DNA from: Gemmatimonadales bacterium
GTDB lineage: Bacteria; Gemmatimonadota; Gemmatimonadetes; Gemmatimonadales; GWC2-71-9
DNA: 64,000 nt
NCBI GenBank assembly: GCA_041577295.1
Contig: JBFGJG010000001.1
Span: 192,001 to 256,000, forward strand
Reading direction: 5' to 3'
Part shown: piece by piece, positions 47,787 to 58,521 of the stretch
How positions within the stretch are numbered: the first letter of the stretch is position 1
Layout: each line of letters opens with the position of its first letter
Program-made: the position numbers and the translations under genes
The notes under the pieces: generated by a model
What the model saw: only the letters and a program-made list of their open reading frames with translations
What the model was told of the DNA's origin: nothing
Databases searched by the model: none

Positions 47787-48740
47787 CTATTCTTCTCCAG
47801 CCCCGCTTCGGGACTCACTGGCGGCTTTTGCCGTGTTCTCCTCACCATCGCTCTTCGACGGCCCAGCCTCGTCCCCCTCCCCACTCGCCTCCTCGCCTTC
47901 CTCGGACTGCTCCGTCTTGAGACGCGCCGCAATGGCCTCAGGCTTGGGCCGACGCTTCCGACGCGGGCGCTTACGGCGTCGCACGTCTTCATCGTCGCCT
48001 TCCTGGGGTTCGTAACTGCTGTACGCCTCCGACTCCGCCGCCACCTCCCGCACGGGCGCCTCCTTCCGTGCCTCAGCGATCATATCGACCAGCGCTTGGG
48101 TGATGAGGGAGACCGAGCGGATGGCGTCGTCGTTCCCCGGGATCGGAACGGTGATGAGGTCGGGATCAGCGTTGGTATCCACGATCGCGACCACCGGAAT
48201 GTTCAGCTTGTTCGCCTCGGCAATGGCAATGCGTTCCTTCTTCGCATCCACCACGAACATCGCGCCGGGCAACCGACCCATGTTCTTGATTCCCTCGAGG
48301 TTGCGATTGAGCTTTTGCCGTTCGCGTTCGAACAACAGTTGTTCCTTCTTCGTGAAAAACTCGAAAGCACCGTCCGAGAGGCCTTGCTCAATGTCCTTGA
48401 GCCGCCGGATCTGTTTCTTGATCGTCTGAAAATTGGTCAACGTGCCGCCCAGCCAACGCTCCGTCACGTAGTGCGCACCGCACCGTTCGGCTTCGGCTTT
48501 CACGATCATGTTGAGTTGCCGCTTGGTGCAGACGAAGAGCGGGGTATCCCCCCGCAGCACGACATCTCGCATCAGCTGTTGCGCCGAGTCGAGCTGGCGC
48601 AGCGTTTTCTGGAGATCGATGAGGTATATGCCGGACCGCTCGGCAAAAATGAAGCGGCGCATCTTCGGGTTCCACCGCCTGGTCTGGTGGCCGAAGTGCA
48701 CGCCGGCTTCGAGTAGATCTTGCAGCTGTGGTAGTGTCAT
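47787..48740 (-). CDS. rpsB: 30S ribosomal protein S2 with long charged C-terminal tail
   Basis: LEAGVHFGHQTRRWNPKM, RWLGGTLTN, DTNADPD and PGNDDAIRS. ATG at 48740. Confidence 0.98.
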   Translation of the reverse strand: MTLPQLQDLLEAGVHFGHQTRRWNPKMRRFIFAERSGIYLIDLQKTLRQLDSAQQLMRDVVLRGDTPLFVCTKRQLNMIVKAEAERCGAHYVTERWLGGTLTNFQTIKKQIRRLKDIEQGLSDGAFEFFTKKEQLLFERERQKLNRNLEGIKNMGRLPGAMFVVDAKKERIAIAEANKLNIPVVAIVDTNADPDLITVPIPGNDDAIRSVSLITQALVDMIAEARKEAPVREVAAESEAYSSYEPQEGDDEDVRRRKRPRRKRRPKPEAIAARLKTEQSEEGEEASGEGDEAGPSKSDGEENTAKAASESRSGAGEE

Positions 48741-48751
48741 CTCCAACTTCC

Positions 48752-48832
48752 GTGGGTTAGGCTGCCACTGTCTTCGTCCCTCGCCACGATCCGACCTAAC
48801 GGTGGACACCCATGGCGAGGTCCGACAGTGTG
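48752..48832 (-). promoter_or_regulatory. rpsB (S2) leader-like cis-regulatory RNA
   Basis: Nested helices CACUGUC/GACAGUG and CCUCGCCA/UGGCGAGG; internal GGGU and downstream UAACCC; GGUCGG motif. Resembles the E. coli rpsB autoregulatory leader. Confidence 0.65.
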
Positions 48833-48845
48833 ATTGATTTGTCGA

Positions 48846-49253
48846 CTAGCGCTTCGAAAACTGGAAGCGCTTCCGGGCGCCGGGCTGTCCCGGCTTTTTG
48901 CGCTCGACGGCCCGAGGATCTCTCGTCAGCAAGCCGTGGTCCCGCAGCTTGCGCCGATGGGTATCGTCCGCTCCCACCAATGCCCTTGCGATGCCGAGTC
49001 GGAGCGCACCTGCCTGCCCCGTCTGCCCACCGCCAGCCACCCGCGCCTTGACGTCAAACGCGCCAAGCGTGTCGGTCACCATAAAAGGCTGCTGGATGTG
49101 CTGCACCAGCGACTGACGTGGGAAGTAGTCTCCGAGCGTGCGTCCGTTGACCTCCCACTTGCCAGAACCCGGGGTCAAGTAGACTCGTGCCACGCTCGTC
49201 TTGCGGCGCCCGACCGCCTGCCACCGGAGTTCCGGCTGTACTGCGTTGGTCAT
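48846..49253 (-). CDS. rpsI: 30S ribosomal protein S9
   Basis: GRRKTSVARV, GGGQTGQAGA and ERKKPG...ARKRFQFSKR. Confidence 0.98.
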   Translation of the reverse strand: MTNAVQPELRWQAVGRRKTSVARVYLTPGSGKWEVNGRTLGDYFPRQSLVQHIQQPFMVTDTLGAFDVKARVAGGGQTGQAGALRLGIARALVGADDTHRRKLRDHGLLTRDPRAVERKKPGQPGARKRFQFSKR

Positions 49254-49260
49254 CGTGGTC

Positions 49261-49695
49261 CTATCTGAGTTTGGTGGGCGAAGGACTCTGCGCTTGATGT
49301 GGATGCTCCGGACCGGCGTAGACCTTCAGGCGCTGCCTCAGCACCTGCCGTCCTAGCGTACCCTTTGGCAACATCCCAAAGACGGCTTTCTGAATGACTC
49401 GCTCGGGGTGCGTCGCCAGCATCTTGCTCGCCGGTGTAAACCGCGCGTGCCCCATGTATCCCGTGTGACGAAAATATTCTTTCTGGTTGAGCTTCCGGCC
49501 TGTGAGCCGCACCTTGTCCGCGTTCACGACGACAACGTAGTCCCCGCCATCGGCGTGCGGTGCAAACGTGGGCTTATGTTTCCCACGGATGAGCTGAGCT
49601 ACCTGGCTCGCGAGACGACCCAATACCATGCCCTCGGCGTCTACCAGGTGCCACTGATGCTCGAGCTCAGCTTGTTTTGGCACGTATGTTTTCAT
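49261..49695 (-). CDS. rplM: 50S ribosomal protein L13
   Basis: [27 protein letters not shown] and HPHQAQ. Confidence 0.98.
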   Translation of the reverse strand: MKTYVPKQAELEHQWHLVDAEGMVLGRLASQVAQLIRGKHKPTFAPHADGGDYVVVVNADKVRLTGRKLNQKEYFRHTGYMGHARFTPASKMLATHPERVIQKAVFGMLPKGTLGRQVLRQRLKVYAGPEHPHQAQSPSPTKLR

Positions 49696-49735
49696 CCTAA
49701 CCCACTATCCTAAGCCCAATAAAAGACAAGCTTTA

Positions 49736-49764
49736 ATGGTAGTGTGGCCCTCCATCCCGGTCAA
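49736..49764 (-). promoter_or_regulatory. Putative sigma70 promoter of rplM-rpsI
   Basis: TTGACC (49764-49759), 17 nt, TACCAT (49741-49736). Confidence 0.7.
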
Positions 49765-50267
49765 CCCTCGGCCGCCCCTAATTCCACGAGCGCCACGCCT
49801 TTCTCAACTGCCTCTCCCGCCCCAACACGTATTCCCGTCACGACACCTGCGGTCGGCGCTGCGATTTCGTTTTCCATCTTCATCGCCTCGAGAACGAGCA
49901 ATCCCGTTCCCGCGGTAACGTGTTGTCCAACCTGGACCTCGACGCGGAGGACTAGGCCCGGCATCGGCGCCCGGACCACGGCACCGCCACCGGAGGACCC
50001 CTGCTTTGCCGCCATGTCTTGCAGCCGCCGGCTGCGCTCATCGAGCACCGTCACGGCAACTCGTTCACCGGCCCACTGCACAAGCCACGTTTCGCCCTCG
50101 CGCAACACGGCAAGGGTCCGTGAGCGCGAGCCGAGCACCAGCTGACTGAGCGGTGTGCTGGGGATTCCCACCAAGGATGCGGGCGCTGCGCGCCCGTCTA
50201 TATGCACGTCATCGCCGTTGATCTCGATGTCGAACGTGTGGTCGCCGATGGTTACCGCGTATTTCAC
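49761..50267 (-). CDS. Biotin carboxyl carrier protein (acyl-CoA carboxylase)
   Basis: APMPGLV and the LEAMKMENEI biotinylation motif. Confidence 0.93.
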   Translation of the reverse strand: MKYAVTIGDHTFDIEINGDDVHIDGRAAPASLVGIPSTPLSQLVLGSRSRTLAVLREGETWLVQWAGERVAVTVLDERSRRLQDMAAKQGSSGGGAVVRAPMPGLVLRVEVQVGQHVTAGTGLLVLEAMKMENEIAAPTAGVVTGIRVGAGEAVEKGVALVELGAAEG

Positions 50268-51496
50268 GCCGCCTCCAACACGACGACCGTTTCCACGTGA
50301 CTCGTCTGCGGAAACAGATCGTACGCCTGCACTGATCGTAGGTGGAGTGCGGGCATGCGGACGAGGTCGCGCGCCAGCGTGGCCGGATCACAAGACACGT
50401 ACACAAGGCGTGCGTGCGCACTCTCCCGTGCCCATCGGTCGAGGCAGGTTGCGACGCGACGGTGGAGGCCTTCACGAGGCGGGTTGACGACCACTGCGTG
50501 GGGTGGCGGCAGTCGATGCAACGCCTCTTCCGCCGGCGCGGCGATGTAACGCGAGGCCGCACGACCCGCGGACATCCCACGCCGTCTAGCCCACGCTACC
50601 GCGCTGCGATCGCGATCAACCAACCAGGCGTCTGCGCCATGCTCCACTAGGAGCTCGGCCGTGTCCCCCACACCGCCGTAGAGGTCCCACACGGTGCGCC
50701 CCGCGATTTCGCCAAGGCGTGCCACCGCGTCACGCCGGATGCGTTCCGCAAGGAGGGAGTTGACCTGCTCGAACGCAAGCGCCGGAAAGCCGGACTCGGG
50801 ACCGCTCATCACTCTGGCCGCGCCGTGGGGCGGCCGCCACCATAGGACGATTTCCGGATTCGCCAGCGCCTTCGCGAGGGGACTCGCGTCCCAGACATCA
50901 CCGTGGCCGCCGGCCAAGATCACGTGTGTACGCCCAGTCTGGTCTTCCCGCAAAACCACCGTCTTCGTGTCCGGCGGAAACAGATCGACGTGCTCGGCGA
51001 GTCGGCGCCAGACCGCAATGAGCGATTCCCTGGTTATGAGACAATCCTCGAGCACGAACACCGTTCCTGGACGCTCCAACGGATGCAGCCCGAAGTGCGT
51101 GCCGTCCCCGGCGAGCGTGATCTTCGTCCGGTATCGCCAAGAGTTGGGTGACGACACGATCTCCGGATCCGCAACCTGTCGTCGCCCTATTCGCCGGAGC
51201 GCGTCGCCAACGAGCCGCCGCTTGACCGCCTGCTGTGCCTCCGGCGCCAGGTGCTGAAGCTGGCAGCCGCCGCATTCATCCGCGACGTAGTGACGGCACC
51301 GGGGCCGCACTCGCAGTTCACTCGGCGTGATGAGGTTGACAAGGCGCGCGTGTGCGTGGCGTTTCTTGCGACGGGTGATCGCGACCTCCAGCACATCGCC
51401 CGGCGCTGCGCGAGGGACAAACACGGCCATGCCGTCGGCAAGGCGTCCCACACCCGCACCGCCCTGAGCAATCGTATCGATATGCACCTGATTCAT
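50264..51496 (-). CDS. TRAM-domain RNA m5U methyltransferase (RlmD/TrmA family)
   Basis: TRAM N-terminus, Fe-S motif C-x7-CGGCQLQH, FEQVN, NPPREG, YVSCDPATLARD and DLFPQTSHVE. ATG at 51496. Confidence 0.9.
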   Translation of the reverse strand: MNQVHIDTIAQGGAGVGRLADGMAVFVPRAAPGDVLEVAITRRKKRHAHARLVNLITPSELRVRPRCRHYVADECGGCQLQHLAPEAQQAVKRRLVGDALRRIGRRQVADPEIVSSPNSWRYRTKITLAGDGTHFGLHPLERPGTVFVLEDCLITRESLIAVWRRLAEHVDLFPPDTKTVVLREDQTGRTHVILAGGHGDVWDASPLAKALANPEIVLWWRPPHGAARVMSGPESGFPALAFEQVNSLLAERIRRDAVARLGEIAGRTVWDLYGGVGDTAELLVEHGADAWLVDRDRSAVAWARRRGMSAGRAASRYIAAPAEEALHRLPPPHAVVVNPPREGLHRRVATCLDRWARESAHARLVYVSCDPATLARDLVRMPALHLRSVQAYDLFPQTSHVETVVVLEAA

Positions 51497-52992
51497 CGCA
51501 AGCCGGCTAGGCGAGCCGCCTTGAGCCATGCGCTCTCCGTGGGCGCACCCAGACTCGACACGGGCACCACGGTACGACGCGCCTCGTCTTCGGCAAGCGC
51601 CGCGGCAACCGCGGCTAGCTCGAGATCCTGCGCCGGTGGATCGGTGGCGAGCAGCACCTCCCCATGCCGTTCGAGGTAACCGATGTCGTAGACACCGCTC
51701 TGGAACGTTGGGTCGTCCATCACCCGCCGGTGAAAGGGCTGCGAAGTGGGGATCCCGACGATGACCATCTCGTCGAGGGCTCGTCGCATCCGCCGAATCG
51801 CCCGGTCCCGGTTTTCCCCCCACACGATCAGCTTGCCTAGCAACGAGTCGTAGTGCAGTCCGATCTCCGAACCGGTGTCGACACCACCGTCCCACCGCAC
51901 GCCGGCTCCGGTTGGCGCACGCAGAAATGCAATCCGGCCAGTCACGGGAAGAAAGCCTGAGGCTGGATCTTCGGCAGTGATGCGGCACTCGATGGCGTGT
52001 CCGCGCGGTCGCATGGGGCGACCGGGAAGACTGGTGGGCTCGCCAGCGGCGATCCGGAGCTGCTCACGCACTAAGTCGACGCCGTAAGCCAACTCGGTCA
52101 CCGGGTGTTCGACCTGTAATCGCGTATTCATCTCGAGGAAGTAGAACCGACCATTCGCATCGAGCAGAAACTCGACGGTGCCGGCACTGACGTAGCTCAC
52201 GGCTCTAGCTGCCTGCACGGCGGCCTCGCCCATCCGCAGGCGAAGATCGAGATCCACGGCGGGCGACGGCGCTTCTTCGATGAGCTTCTGATGGCGCCGC
52301 TGAACAGAGCACTCCCGTTCGCCGACGTGGATGGTGTGTCCAAAGCGATCGGCCACAACCTGAATCTCCACGTGGCGCGGCCGCTCGAGGCGGCGCTCGA
52401 GATAGACCGAGCCGTCGCCAAACGCCTTCTGTGCCTCGGAGGACGCCTGCGCGAACTTGGAACGCACCTCCGAGGGACTCTGGGCGATCCGCATACCCTT
52501 CCCTCCCCCTCCAGCAGCGGCCTTGATGAGGATCGGGTAACCAATGTTCTCAGCCGCGCGTACGGCCGCTTCAACATCCCCCACCGGTTCGGTCGTCCCC
52601 GGCACAATGGGGACGCCGGCAGCGGACATGCGTCGCCGAGCCTCTGTCTTGTCGCCCATCGCCGCGATGGCGGCGGACGACGGCCCAATGAACGTGAGCC
52701 CCGCACGCTCCACTGCCGCGGCGAATTCCGCACGCTCCGCGAGGAAACCGTACCCAGGGTGCACCGCGTCGGCCCCCGTGCGCTCGGCAGCAGCTAGAAT
52801 GTTCGCGATGTTGAGGTATGACGCCGAGGAGGGCGCCGCCCCAATCGCCGCTGCGGCATCCGCCACTTGCACGTGCGGGCTTTGCTGATCGACCTCCGAG
52901 TAAACCGCGACCGTCTCAAGCCCCTCTTCACGGCAGGCCCGAATGATTCGCAGGGCAATCTCTCCACGATTCGCAATCAGCACGCGCTTCAT
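51493..52992 (-). CDS. accC: Biotin carboxylase subunit (acetyl/propionyl-CoA carboxylase)
   Basis: LIANRGEIA, HPGYGFLAE, GGGGKGMR, RECSVQRRHQK and FLEMNTRLQVEH. Confidence 0.94.
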   Translation of the reverse strand: MKRVLIANRGEIALRIIRACREEGLETVAVYSEVDQQSPHVQVADAAAAIGAAPSSASYLNIANILAAAERTGADAVHPGYGFLAERAEFAAAVERAGLTFIGPSSAAIAAMGDKTEARRRMSAAGVPIVPGTTEPVGDVEAAVRAAENIGYPILIKAAAGGGGKGMRIAQSPSEVRSKFAQASSEAQKAFGDGSVYLERRLERPRHVEIQVVADRFGHTIHVGERECSVQRRHQKLIEEAPSPAVDLDLRLRMGEAAVQAARAVSYVSAGTVEFLLDANGRFYFLEMNTRLQVEHPVTELAYGVDLVREQLRIAAGEPTSLPGRPMRPRGHAIECRITAEDPASGFLPVTGRIAFLRAPTGAGVRWDGGVDTGSEIGLHYDSLLGKLIVWGENRDRAIRRMRRALDEMVIVGIPTSQPFHRRVMDDPTFQSGVYDIGYLERHGEVLLATDPPAQDLELAAVAAALAEDEARRTVVPVSSLGAPTESAWLKAARLAGLR

Positions 52993-53007
52993 GTCGACAC
53001 GAAATGG

Positions 53008-54558
53008 CTACAGGGGAATGTTGCCATGCTTTTTCGGAGGATTCGTGTCCCGCTTCGTGAGCAGCGTCTGAAGCGCGGACACCAACAAAGGGCGCGTATC
53101 ACGCGGGTCGATCACGTCATCCAAGTATCCCCGGGAGGCGGCGTGGTAGGGGTGAGCAAATTTCTCACGATAGTCCGCCACCAGCTGCTCGAGTCTCTCT
53201 TCCGGATCGTCCGCCGCCGCGATCTCCTTGCGGAACAAGATCTCAGCGGCACCCTTGGGCCCCATGACCGCGATCTCGGCGGTCGGCCATCCGACGTTGA
53301 AGTCGCCGCGCACATGCTTCGAGCTCATCACATCGTACGCGCCGCCGTACGCCTTGCGCGTGATCACCGTCAGCTTGGGCACCGTCGCCTCGGCGTACGC
53401 GTAGAGCAGCTTGGCCCCGTGCTTGATGATCCCTCCATGCTCCTGGTCCACACCGGGGAGAAAACCAGGCACGTCCTCGAACGTTACCAGCGGGATGTTG
53501 AACGCGTCGCAAAACCGGACGAACCGAGCACCTTTGACGGACGCCTTGATGTCCAGGACGCCAGCCAGCACCGTCGGTTGATTGGCGATCACACCAACCG
53601 GGTGGCCCCCGAGCCGTGCAAAACCCACGATGAGGTTCTGCGCATAGTCGCGGTGGACCTCGAGAAAGTCGCCGTCGTCCACCACCCTTCGAATCACATC
53701 GTGCATGTCGTACGGCTTGTTCGGATTGTCAGGAACGATCGATAAGAGCTCTTCGTCACGCCGGTCCGGTGAATCCGTCGGCGACCGGTGCGGTGGGCTG
53801 TCCAGATTGTTTCCCGGCAGGAAACTGAGCAGCTGACGGATAGCCGCTAGGCACTCGACTTCGGTATCATGCACGAACTGCGCGACACCCGACACGGAGC
53901 CGTGAGCGTCCGCCCCACCGAGCTCATCCGGAGTAACGTCTTCGTGGGTCACCGTCTTCACGACGTTTGGCCCGGTCACGAACATGTAGGAAACCCCGCG
54001 CACCATGAAGACGAAATCGGTGATGGCAGGACTGTAGACCGCACCGCCGGCGCAAGGACCGAGGACGGCACTGATCTGCGGAATGACACCGGAGGCCAAC
54101 GTGTTCCGCAGGAAGATGTCCGCATACCCCCCCAATGACACCACCCCCTCCTGAATCCGGGCGCCGCCCGAATCGTTCAGTCCTACCACCGGCGCGCCGT
54201 TGCGGACGGCGAGGTCCATCACCTTGCAGATCTTCTCGGCGTGCGCTTCGGCGAGTGAGCCACCGAACACGGTGAAATCTTGCGAGAAGACGTACACGAG
54301 CCGCCCATCAACCCGCCCATACCCTGTTACGACACCATCACCGAGAATCCGCTTGTCCTCGAGACCAAACCCTGTTGCGCGGTGCGTCACGAACCGGTCG
54401 AGCTCGACGAACGACCCCGTGTCGAGCAAGAGATCGAGGCGCTCGCGCGCGGTGAGCTTTCCCTGCTCGTGCTGGCGCTCGATACGCGAAGGCCCGCCAC
54501 CCTGCTCGGATTCGGACCGCAGGCGATGGAGGGCCTCGAGTTGCTTCTTGATCGTCAT
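53008..54558 (-). CDS. pccB: Propionyl-CoA carboxylase beta chain (carboxyltransferase)
   Basis: [43 protein letters not shown] and [11 protein letters not shown] at 54558. Confidence 0.93.
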   Translation of the reverse strand: MTIKKQLEALHRLRSESEQGGGPSRIERQHEQGKLTARERLDLLLDTGSFVELDRFVTHRATGFGLEDKRILGDGVVTGYGRVDGRLVYVFSQDFTVFGGSLAEAHAEKICKVMDLAVRNGAPVVGLNDSGGARIQEGVVSLGGYADIFLRNTLASGVIPQISAVLGPCAGGAVYSPAITDFVFMVRGVSYMFVTGPNVVKTVTHEDVTPDELGGADAHGSVSGVAQFVHDTEVECLAAIRQLLSFLPGNNLDSPPHRSPTDSPDRRDEELLSIVPDNPNKPYDMHDVIRRVVDDGDFLEVHRDYAQNLIVGFARLGGHPVGVIANQPTVLAGVLDIKASVKGARFVRFCDAFNIPLVTFEDVPGFLPGVDQEHGGIIKHGAKLLYAYAEATVPKLTVITRKAYGGAYDVMSSKHVRGDFNVGWPTAEIAVMGPKGAAEILFRKEIAAADDPEERLEQLVADYREKFAHPYHAASRGYLDDVIDPRDTRPLLVSALQTLLTKRDTNPPKKHGNIPL

Positions 54559-54604
54559 GCTGCGGGACGCCGTGGCCGCACCGGGATCACCCGACGCGGA
54601 ACGG

Positions 54605-56476
54605 TCACGCCGCGGGAGGCTCGGACTCGTCCTCCTGCTTGTCGCCGCCCGGTGCTTCTGCTTCCACCGATACCTCACTCGACGCCTCGCTCGAGGTATC
54701 CGGCTGCTCGTCCTCAACCGGAGGTGCCGTAGCAGCCTCTGCAACAGCGGGTGCGTCTTGAGGTACCGTCGCAACCTCCGCAATGGGAGGTGCGCCCTCC
54801 GGAGCTTCGTGCAGCTCGGTAGCTGCTAACACGACCCGGTGGTGGATTGGATCGACTTCCAAGACCTTGAGATCCACGCGTTGGCCGGACTTGATCACCT
54901 GCTCGAGCGGCTTGCCCTCTGGGATGGGAAGCTGGGACTGTGGGACAAATCCCTCGAGATCGTCGCCAAGGTCGACCACGACGCCGCTGTCCTGCAATCG
55001 GACGACGGTTCCCTCGAGATCCATCCCGACCGGGTGCGACTCGGCGATCTTCAGCCACGGATCTTCCTGTAGCTGCTTGAGCCCCAGAGAGATGCGCTTG
55101 TTGTCGGGGTCGATGTTGAGGATCACGACGTCGACCGTGTCGCCCTTCTTCACGATCTCGGAAGGATGCTGCACCCGCTTCGTCCACGACATGTCCGAGA
55201 TGTGAATGAGCCCATCGATACCGGGCTCGATCTCCACGAACGCGCCGAACGACGTGAGATTGCGGACCTTTCCAGTGATACGCGTGCCCACCGGGTACTT
55301 CATGGGCAACATCACCCATGGATCCTGCTCGGTCTGCTTCATCCCGAGGGAGATCTTCTCCTCCGCAGGATCGACCTTGAGAACAACCGCTTCGATCGTT
55401 TCCCCAATAGAAACGACCTTGGAGGGGTGACGCACGCTGCGCGTCCAGCTCATCTCGCTGATGTGCACTAAGCCTTCGATACCGGGCTCGAGCTCCACGA
55501 ATGCGCCGTAGTTCGTGATGCTGACGACCTTCCCCTGCACACGGACGCCAACAGGATACTTCTCGGCCACATTCTCCCACGGATACGGTTGGAGCTGCTT
55601 GAGACCCAGCGAGATCCGCTCACGATCCCAATCGATGTCGAGCACCTTCACATCGAGCTCCTGGCCCAGCTCGACAACTTCCGATGGGTGCGAGACGCGG
55701 CCATAGCTCATGTCGGTGATGTGCAGCAGACCATCCACACCGCCCAGATCGATGAACGCCCCGAAATCCGTAATGTTCTTCACGACGCCTTTGCGCACCT
55801 GTGATACCTCGAGCTCCTTCATCAGGTGCTCGCGCTTGTGCGCCCGCTCTGCTTCGAGGATGACACGGCGAGAAACCACAATGTTGCGGCGTCGTTTGTT
55901 GAGCTTGATGATCTTGAAGTGGAATTGCTGACCGAGGAGTTCGTCGATGTTGGGAACGCGGCGGAGGGCGATCTGGCTACCCGGAAGAAATGCATCGACC
56001 CCCATCAGATCTACGACGACACCGCCCTTGATCTTCTTCATCAAGGTGCCTTCGACCGGCTCGTTGTTCTCATACGCATGCCGGATCTTCTCCCACACAC
56101 GCATGAAGTCGGCTTTCTTCTTCGAGAGGACGACCGTCCCCTGCTCGTCCTCCAGGTTTTCCAGCAGGACTTCGACTTCATCCCCAGGCTCGACCGCGTC
56201 GAGGCTCTTGAACTCGTCGAGCGGTACGGCTCCTTCGGACTTGAAGCCAACGTCGAGGATCACGTGGCTGTCCGTCACCCGTAGGACCTTTGACTTGACG
56301 ATCTCCCCTTCCGCGATCTTCTGAAGTGTCCCCTCGTACAGCTCGAGCATCTTGGAATACTCTTCGTCAGAGTAATCCTCCTCATACAAGTCTGGGCGGA
56401 CGGGGGTGTGGTACGGTTTGGCGGTCGCGACACCGGCCGTGGCGTCGGGCGTGCCTTCCTGAGAGGCCTCACTCAT
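54605..56476 (-). CDS. rpsA: 30S ribosomal protein S1
   Basis: Six S1 repeats ([34 protein letters not shown] and others) with an acidic C-terminal tail. Confidence 0.98.
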   Translation of the reverse strand: MSEASQEGTPDATAGVATAKPYHTPVRPDLYEEDYSDEEYSKMLELYEGTLQKIAEGEIVKSKVLRVTDSHVILDVGFKSEGAVPLDEFKSLDAVEPGDEVEVLLENLEDEQGTVVLSKKKADFMRVWEKIRHAYENNEPVEGTLMKKIKGGVVVDLMGVDAFLPGSQIALRRVPNIDELLGQQFHFKIIKLNKRRRNIVVSRRVILEAERAHKREHLMKELEVSQVRKGVVKNITDFGAFIDLGGVDGLLHITDMSYGRVSHPSEVVELGQELDVKVLDIDWDRERISLGLKQLQPYPWENVAEKYPVGVRVQGKVVSITNYGAFVELEPGIEGLVHISEMSWTRSVRHPSKVVSIGETIEAVVLKVDPAEEKISLGMKQTEQDPWVMLPMKYPVGTRITGKVRNLTSFGAFVEIEPGIDGLIHISDMSWTKRVQHPSEIVKKGDTVDVVILNIDPDNKRISLGLKQLQEDPWLKIAESHPVGMDLEGTVVRLQDSGVVVDLGDDLEGFVPQSQLPIPEGKPLEQVIKSGQRVDLKVLEVDPIHHRVVLAATELHEAPEGAPPIAEVATVPQDAPAVAEAATAPPVEDEQPDTSSEASSEVSVEAEAPGGDKQEDESEPPAA

Positions 56477-56555
56477 GTACAGCGTTCCAGCCTAGGGTTG
56501 AGGGTTAACGATTGACTCCCACCGCGCCCCTGAGCGGGCGTACGGCAAGCCACGT

Positions 56556-56584
56556 AGGTTAGAAGACCCGTTCACGTATGTCAA
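56556..56584 (-). promoter_or_regulatory. Putative sigma70 promoter of rpsA
   Basis: TTGACA (56584-56579), 17 nt, TAACCT (56561-56556). Confidence 0.72.
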
Positions 56585-56585
56585 G

Positions 56586-57263
56586 TTACGAGAACACCTT
56601 CCGCGCCAGTTGCACGACGCGCTCCACCTGATCCGCGAAGGTCAGGTGCGAAGTGTCGAGCACGATCGCGTCTCGTGCCTGGATGAGCGGCGCCACGTCA
56701 CGCGAGGCGTCGGCCGTGTCCCGGCTGACCAAGCGCGCCGCCGCGGCCGCAACGCTCTCGGCATCCGCCGCGTGACCCTCTTGCTGCAACCGGCGCCGGG
56801 CCCGTTCCTCGGGATCCGCTATCAAGAAGATCTTCAGCGCTGCGTCCGGAAACACCACCGTTCCGATATCTCGACCGTCCATGACCGCGCCGCGCGGGTG
56901 CTGCGCAACCGCCTCGCGCAGCTGGACGTTCACCCACTGACGCACCGCGGGAAGTGCGGAAACCTCGGAGGCCCTCTCGGTGACCCGCCGTGCTCGAATC
57001 GCCTCCGAGACCTCGATGCCGGCGATCTCCGGATGGTAGCCGTCGGCGGCAAGGACCAGTCGGACCGGGAGCGCTCGCGCCACAGCGACGATCCGCTGAC
57101 CCTCGAGCGGACAGTTCGCGTCCAGGGCGGCCAGCGTCACGGCCCGATACAACGCCCCACTGTCCAAATGCGCGAGGTTGAGCCGCTCAGCAACCGCCCG
57201 GGCGGTGGTGGACTTTCCGGACCCAGCAGGTCCATCGATCGCAATCACCGGGCTAACGTGCAC
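56586..57263 (-). CDS. cmk: Cytidylate kinase
   Basis: IAIDGPAGSGKST, LDSGALYR and MDGRDIGTVVFPDA. GTG at 57263. Confidence 0.96.
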   Translation of the reverse strand: MHVSPVIAIDGPAGSGKSTTARAVAERLNLAHLDSGALYRAVTLAALDANCPLEGQRIVAVARALPVRLVLAADGYHPEIAGIEVSEAIRARRVTERASEVSALPAVRQWVNVQLREAVAQHPRGAVMDGRDIGTVVFPDAALKIFLIADPEERARRRLQQEGHAADAESVAAAAARLVSRDTADASRDVAPLIQARDAIVLDTSHLTFADQVERVVQLARKVFS

Positions 57264-58521
57264 GGATTCGCTCCAGATCCTCGAAGAACCGCGGATAACT
57301 GACGCCCACCGACGACGCCTCCGAGAGGCGAACGTCCGCGCCCGGCGCCATGCCCAGCACGGCGAAGGCCATGGCCATTCGATGATCGCCCCCCGTCTCG
57401 ACTCGGCCGGCCGGGGGAGCCTCTGAACCAACGACGATGAGGTCGTCGCCCACGATCTCCGCTCGATACCCGACCGCGCGCAGGTTGATAGTTAAGAGAG
57501 CGAGCCGGTCACTCTCTTTCACGCGCAGCTCACCAACGTCACAGAAGCGCGTTTCTCCTTCGGCGCGGGCAGCCAGCACCGCCAGGATCGGCACCTCGTC
57601 AATGAGGCTCGGCACTTCTGCCCCGGGGACGGTCGTGCCGGAGAGCGGTCCCGCGCGGGCCACCAGATCGGCCACCGGCTCGCCGCCCTCTTCGCGTAAG
57701 GACTCCCGCCCGATGTTCGCACCCATGCGGTCCAGCACATTGAGGAATCCGGTTCGCGTCGGATTCACGCCCACGTGCTCGATGCGCACTTCACCGCGTT
57801 TCTGCGAGAGCACCGCCCCAACGAGGAACGCTGCCGAGGACGGATCGCCTGGGACGCGCAGCTGGAACGGCTCCACCTCGTCCGGGCGAAACGAGCGCGC
57901 GTCCAGCACGACCGTAGTTCCATCGGTCTCGATGGGGAGGCCGAGGTAGCGCAGCAGCCGTTCGGTATGATCTCGGGATCGCCCGGGTTCGGTGACGCGC
58001 GCCCGTACATGTCCCGCGAGCGCGGCCAGTAGAATCGCACTCTTGATCTGGGCGGACGCGACCGGAGTGCGGTAATCGAGGTCGTGGAGGCGGCCGCCTT
58101 CGATGGTGAGCGGAAGATGATCACCGCCATGTTCCCGAAACTGCGCCCCCATGAGGGTGAGTGGCTCGGTGACCCGCCGCATCGGCCGACGGCGCAAGGA
58201 GGCGTCACCGGTGAGTCGCGCCGTGAGTGCGTGCCCGGCCAGCGCCCCCACGAGCAGGCGCGCGGTCGTCCCGGAGTTTCCGCAGTTGAGCGTCGCCGCC
58301 GGCTGCCGCCACGGAGCACCCTGGACCAGCACTCGCTGGCCTGCGCGGAGCCGGCTCACGCCGACCCCCAGCTGTCGCAGAACGCGCGCGCTGCTGCGCG
58401 CGTCTGCGGAGGTCAACGGGTGCACCACCTCGACCCTCGTACGGAGCATGCCCCCAACGATCAACGCCCGGTGGGTAATGCTCTTGTCGCCTGGTGGCCG
58501 GATGACGACGGCGGCCGTCAC
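57253..58521 (-). CDS. aroA: EPSP synthase (class II)
   Basis: PGDKSITHRA, CGNSGTTARL, SAQIKSA, SRDHTER, ELRVKESDR and DHRMAM. GTGA overlap with tyrA. Confidence 0.96.
   Translation of the reverse strand: MTAAVVIRPPGDKSITHRALIVGGMLRTRVEVVHPLTSADARSSARVLRQLGVGVSRLRAGQRVLVQGAPWRQPAATLNCGNSGTTARLLVGALAGHALTARLTGDASLRRRPMRRVTEPLTLMGAQFREHGGDHLPLTIEGGRLHDLDYRTPVASAQIKSAILLAALAGHVRARVTEPGRSRDHTERLLRYLGLPIETDGTTVVLDARSFRPDEVEPFQLRVPGDPSSAAFLVGAVLSQKRGEVRIEHVGVNPTRTGFLNVLDRMGANIGRESLREEGGEPVADLVARAGPLSGTTVPGAEVPSLIDEVPILAVLAARAEGETRFCDVGELRVKESDRLALLTINLRAVGYRAEIVGDDLIVVGSEAPPAGRVETGGDHRMAMAFAVLGMAPGADVRLSEASSVGVSYPRFFEDLERIRAR

Noticed and set aside
33275..48716. Long antisense ORFs (33275-34486, 38128-39552, 39969-40916, 43881-44900, 47670-48716 and similar)
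   Set aside because: Shadow ORFs opposite well-supported core genes with no recognisable motifs; expected from GC-rich codon bias.
50264..54783. Long N-terminal extensions on the RlmD-like (to 51988) and PccB (to 54783) ORFs
   Set aside because: They overlap accC and rpsA in other frames and are Arg/Ala-rich junk typical of high-GC DNA.
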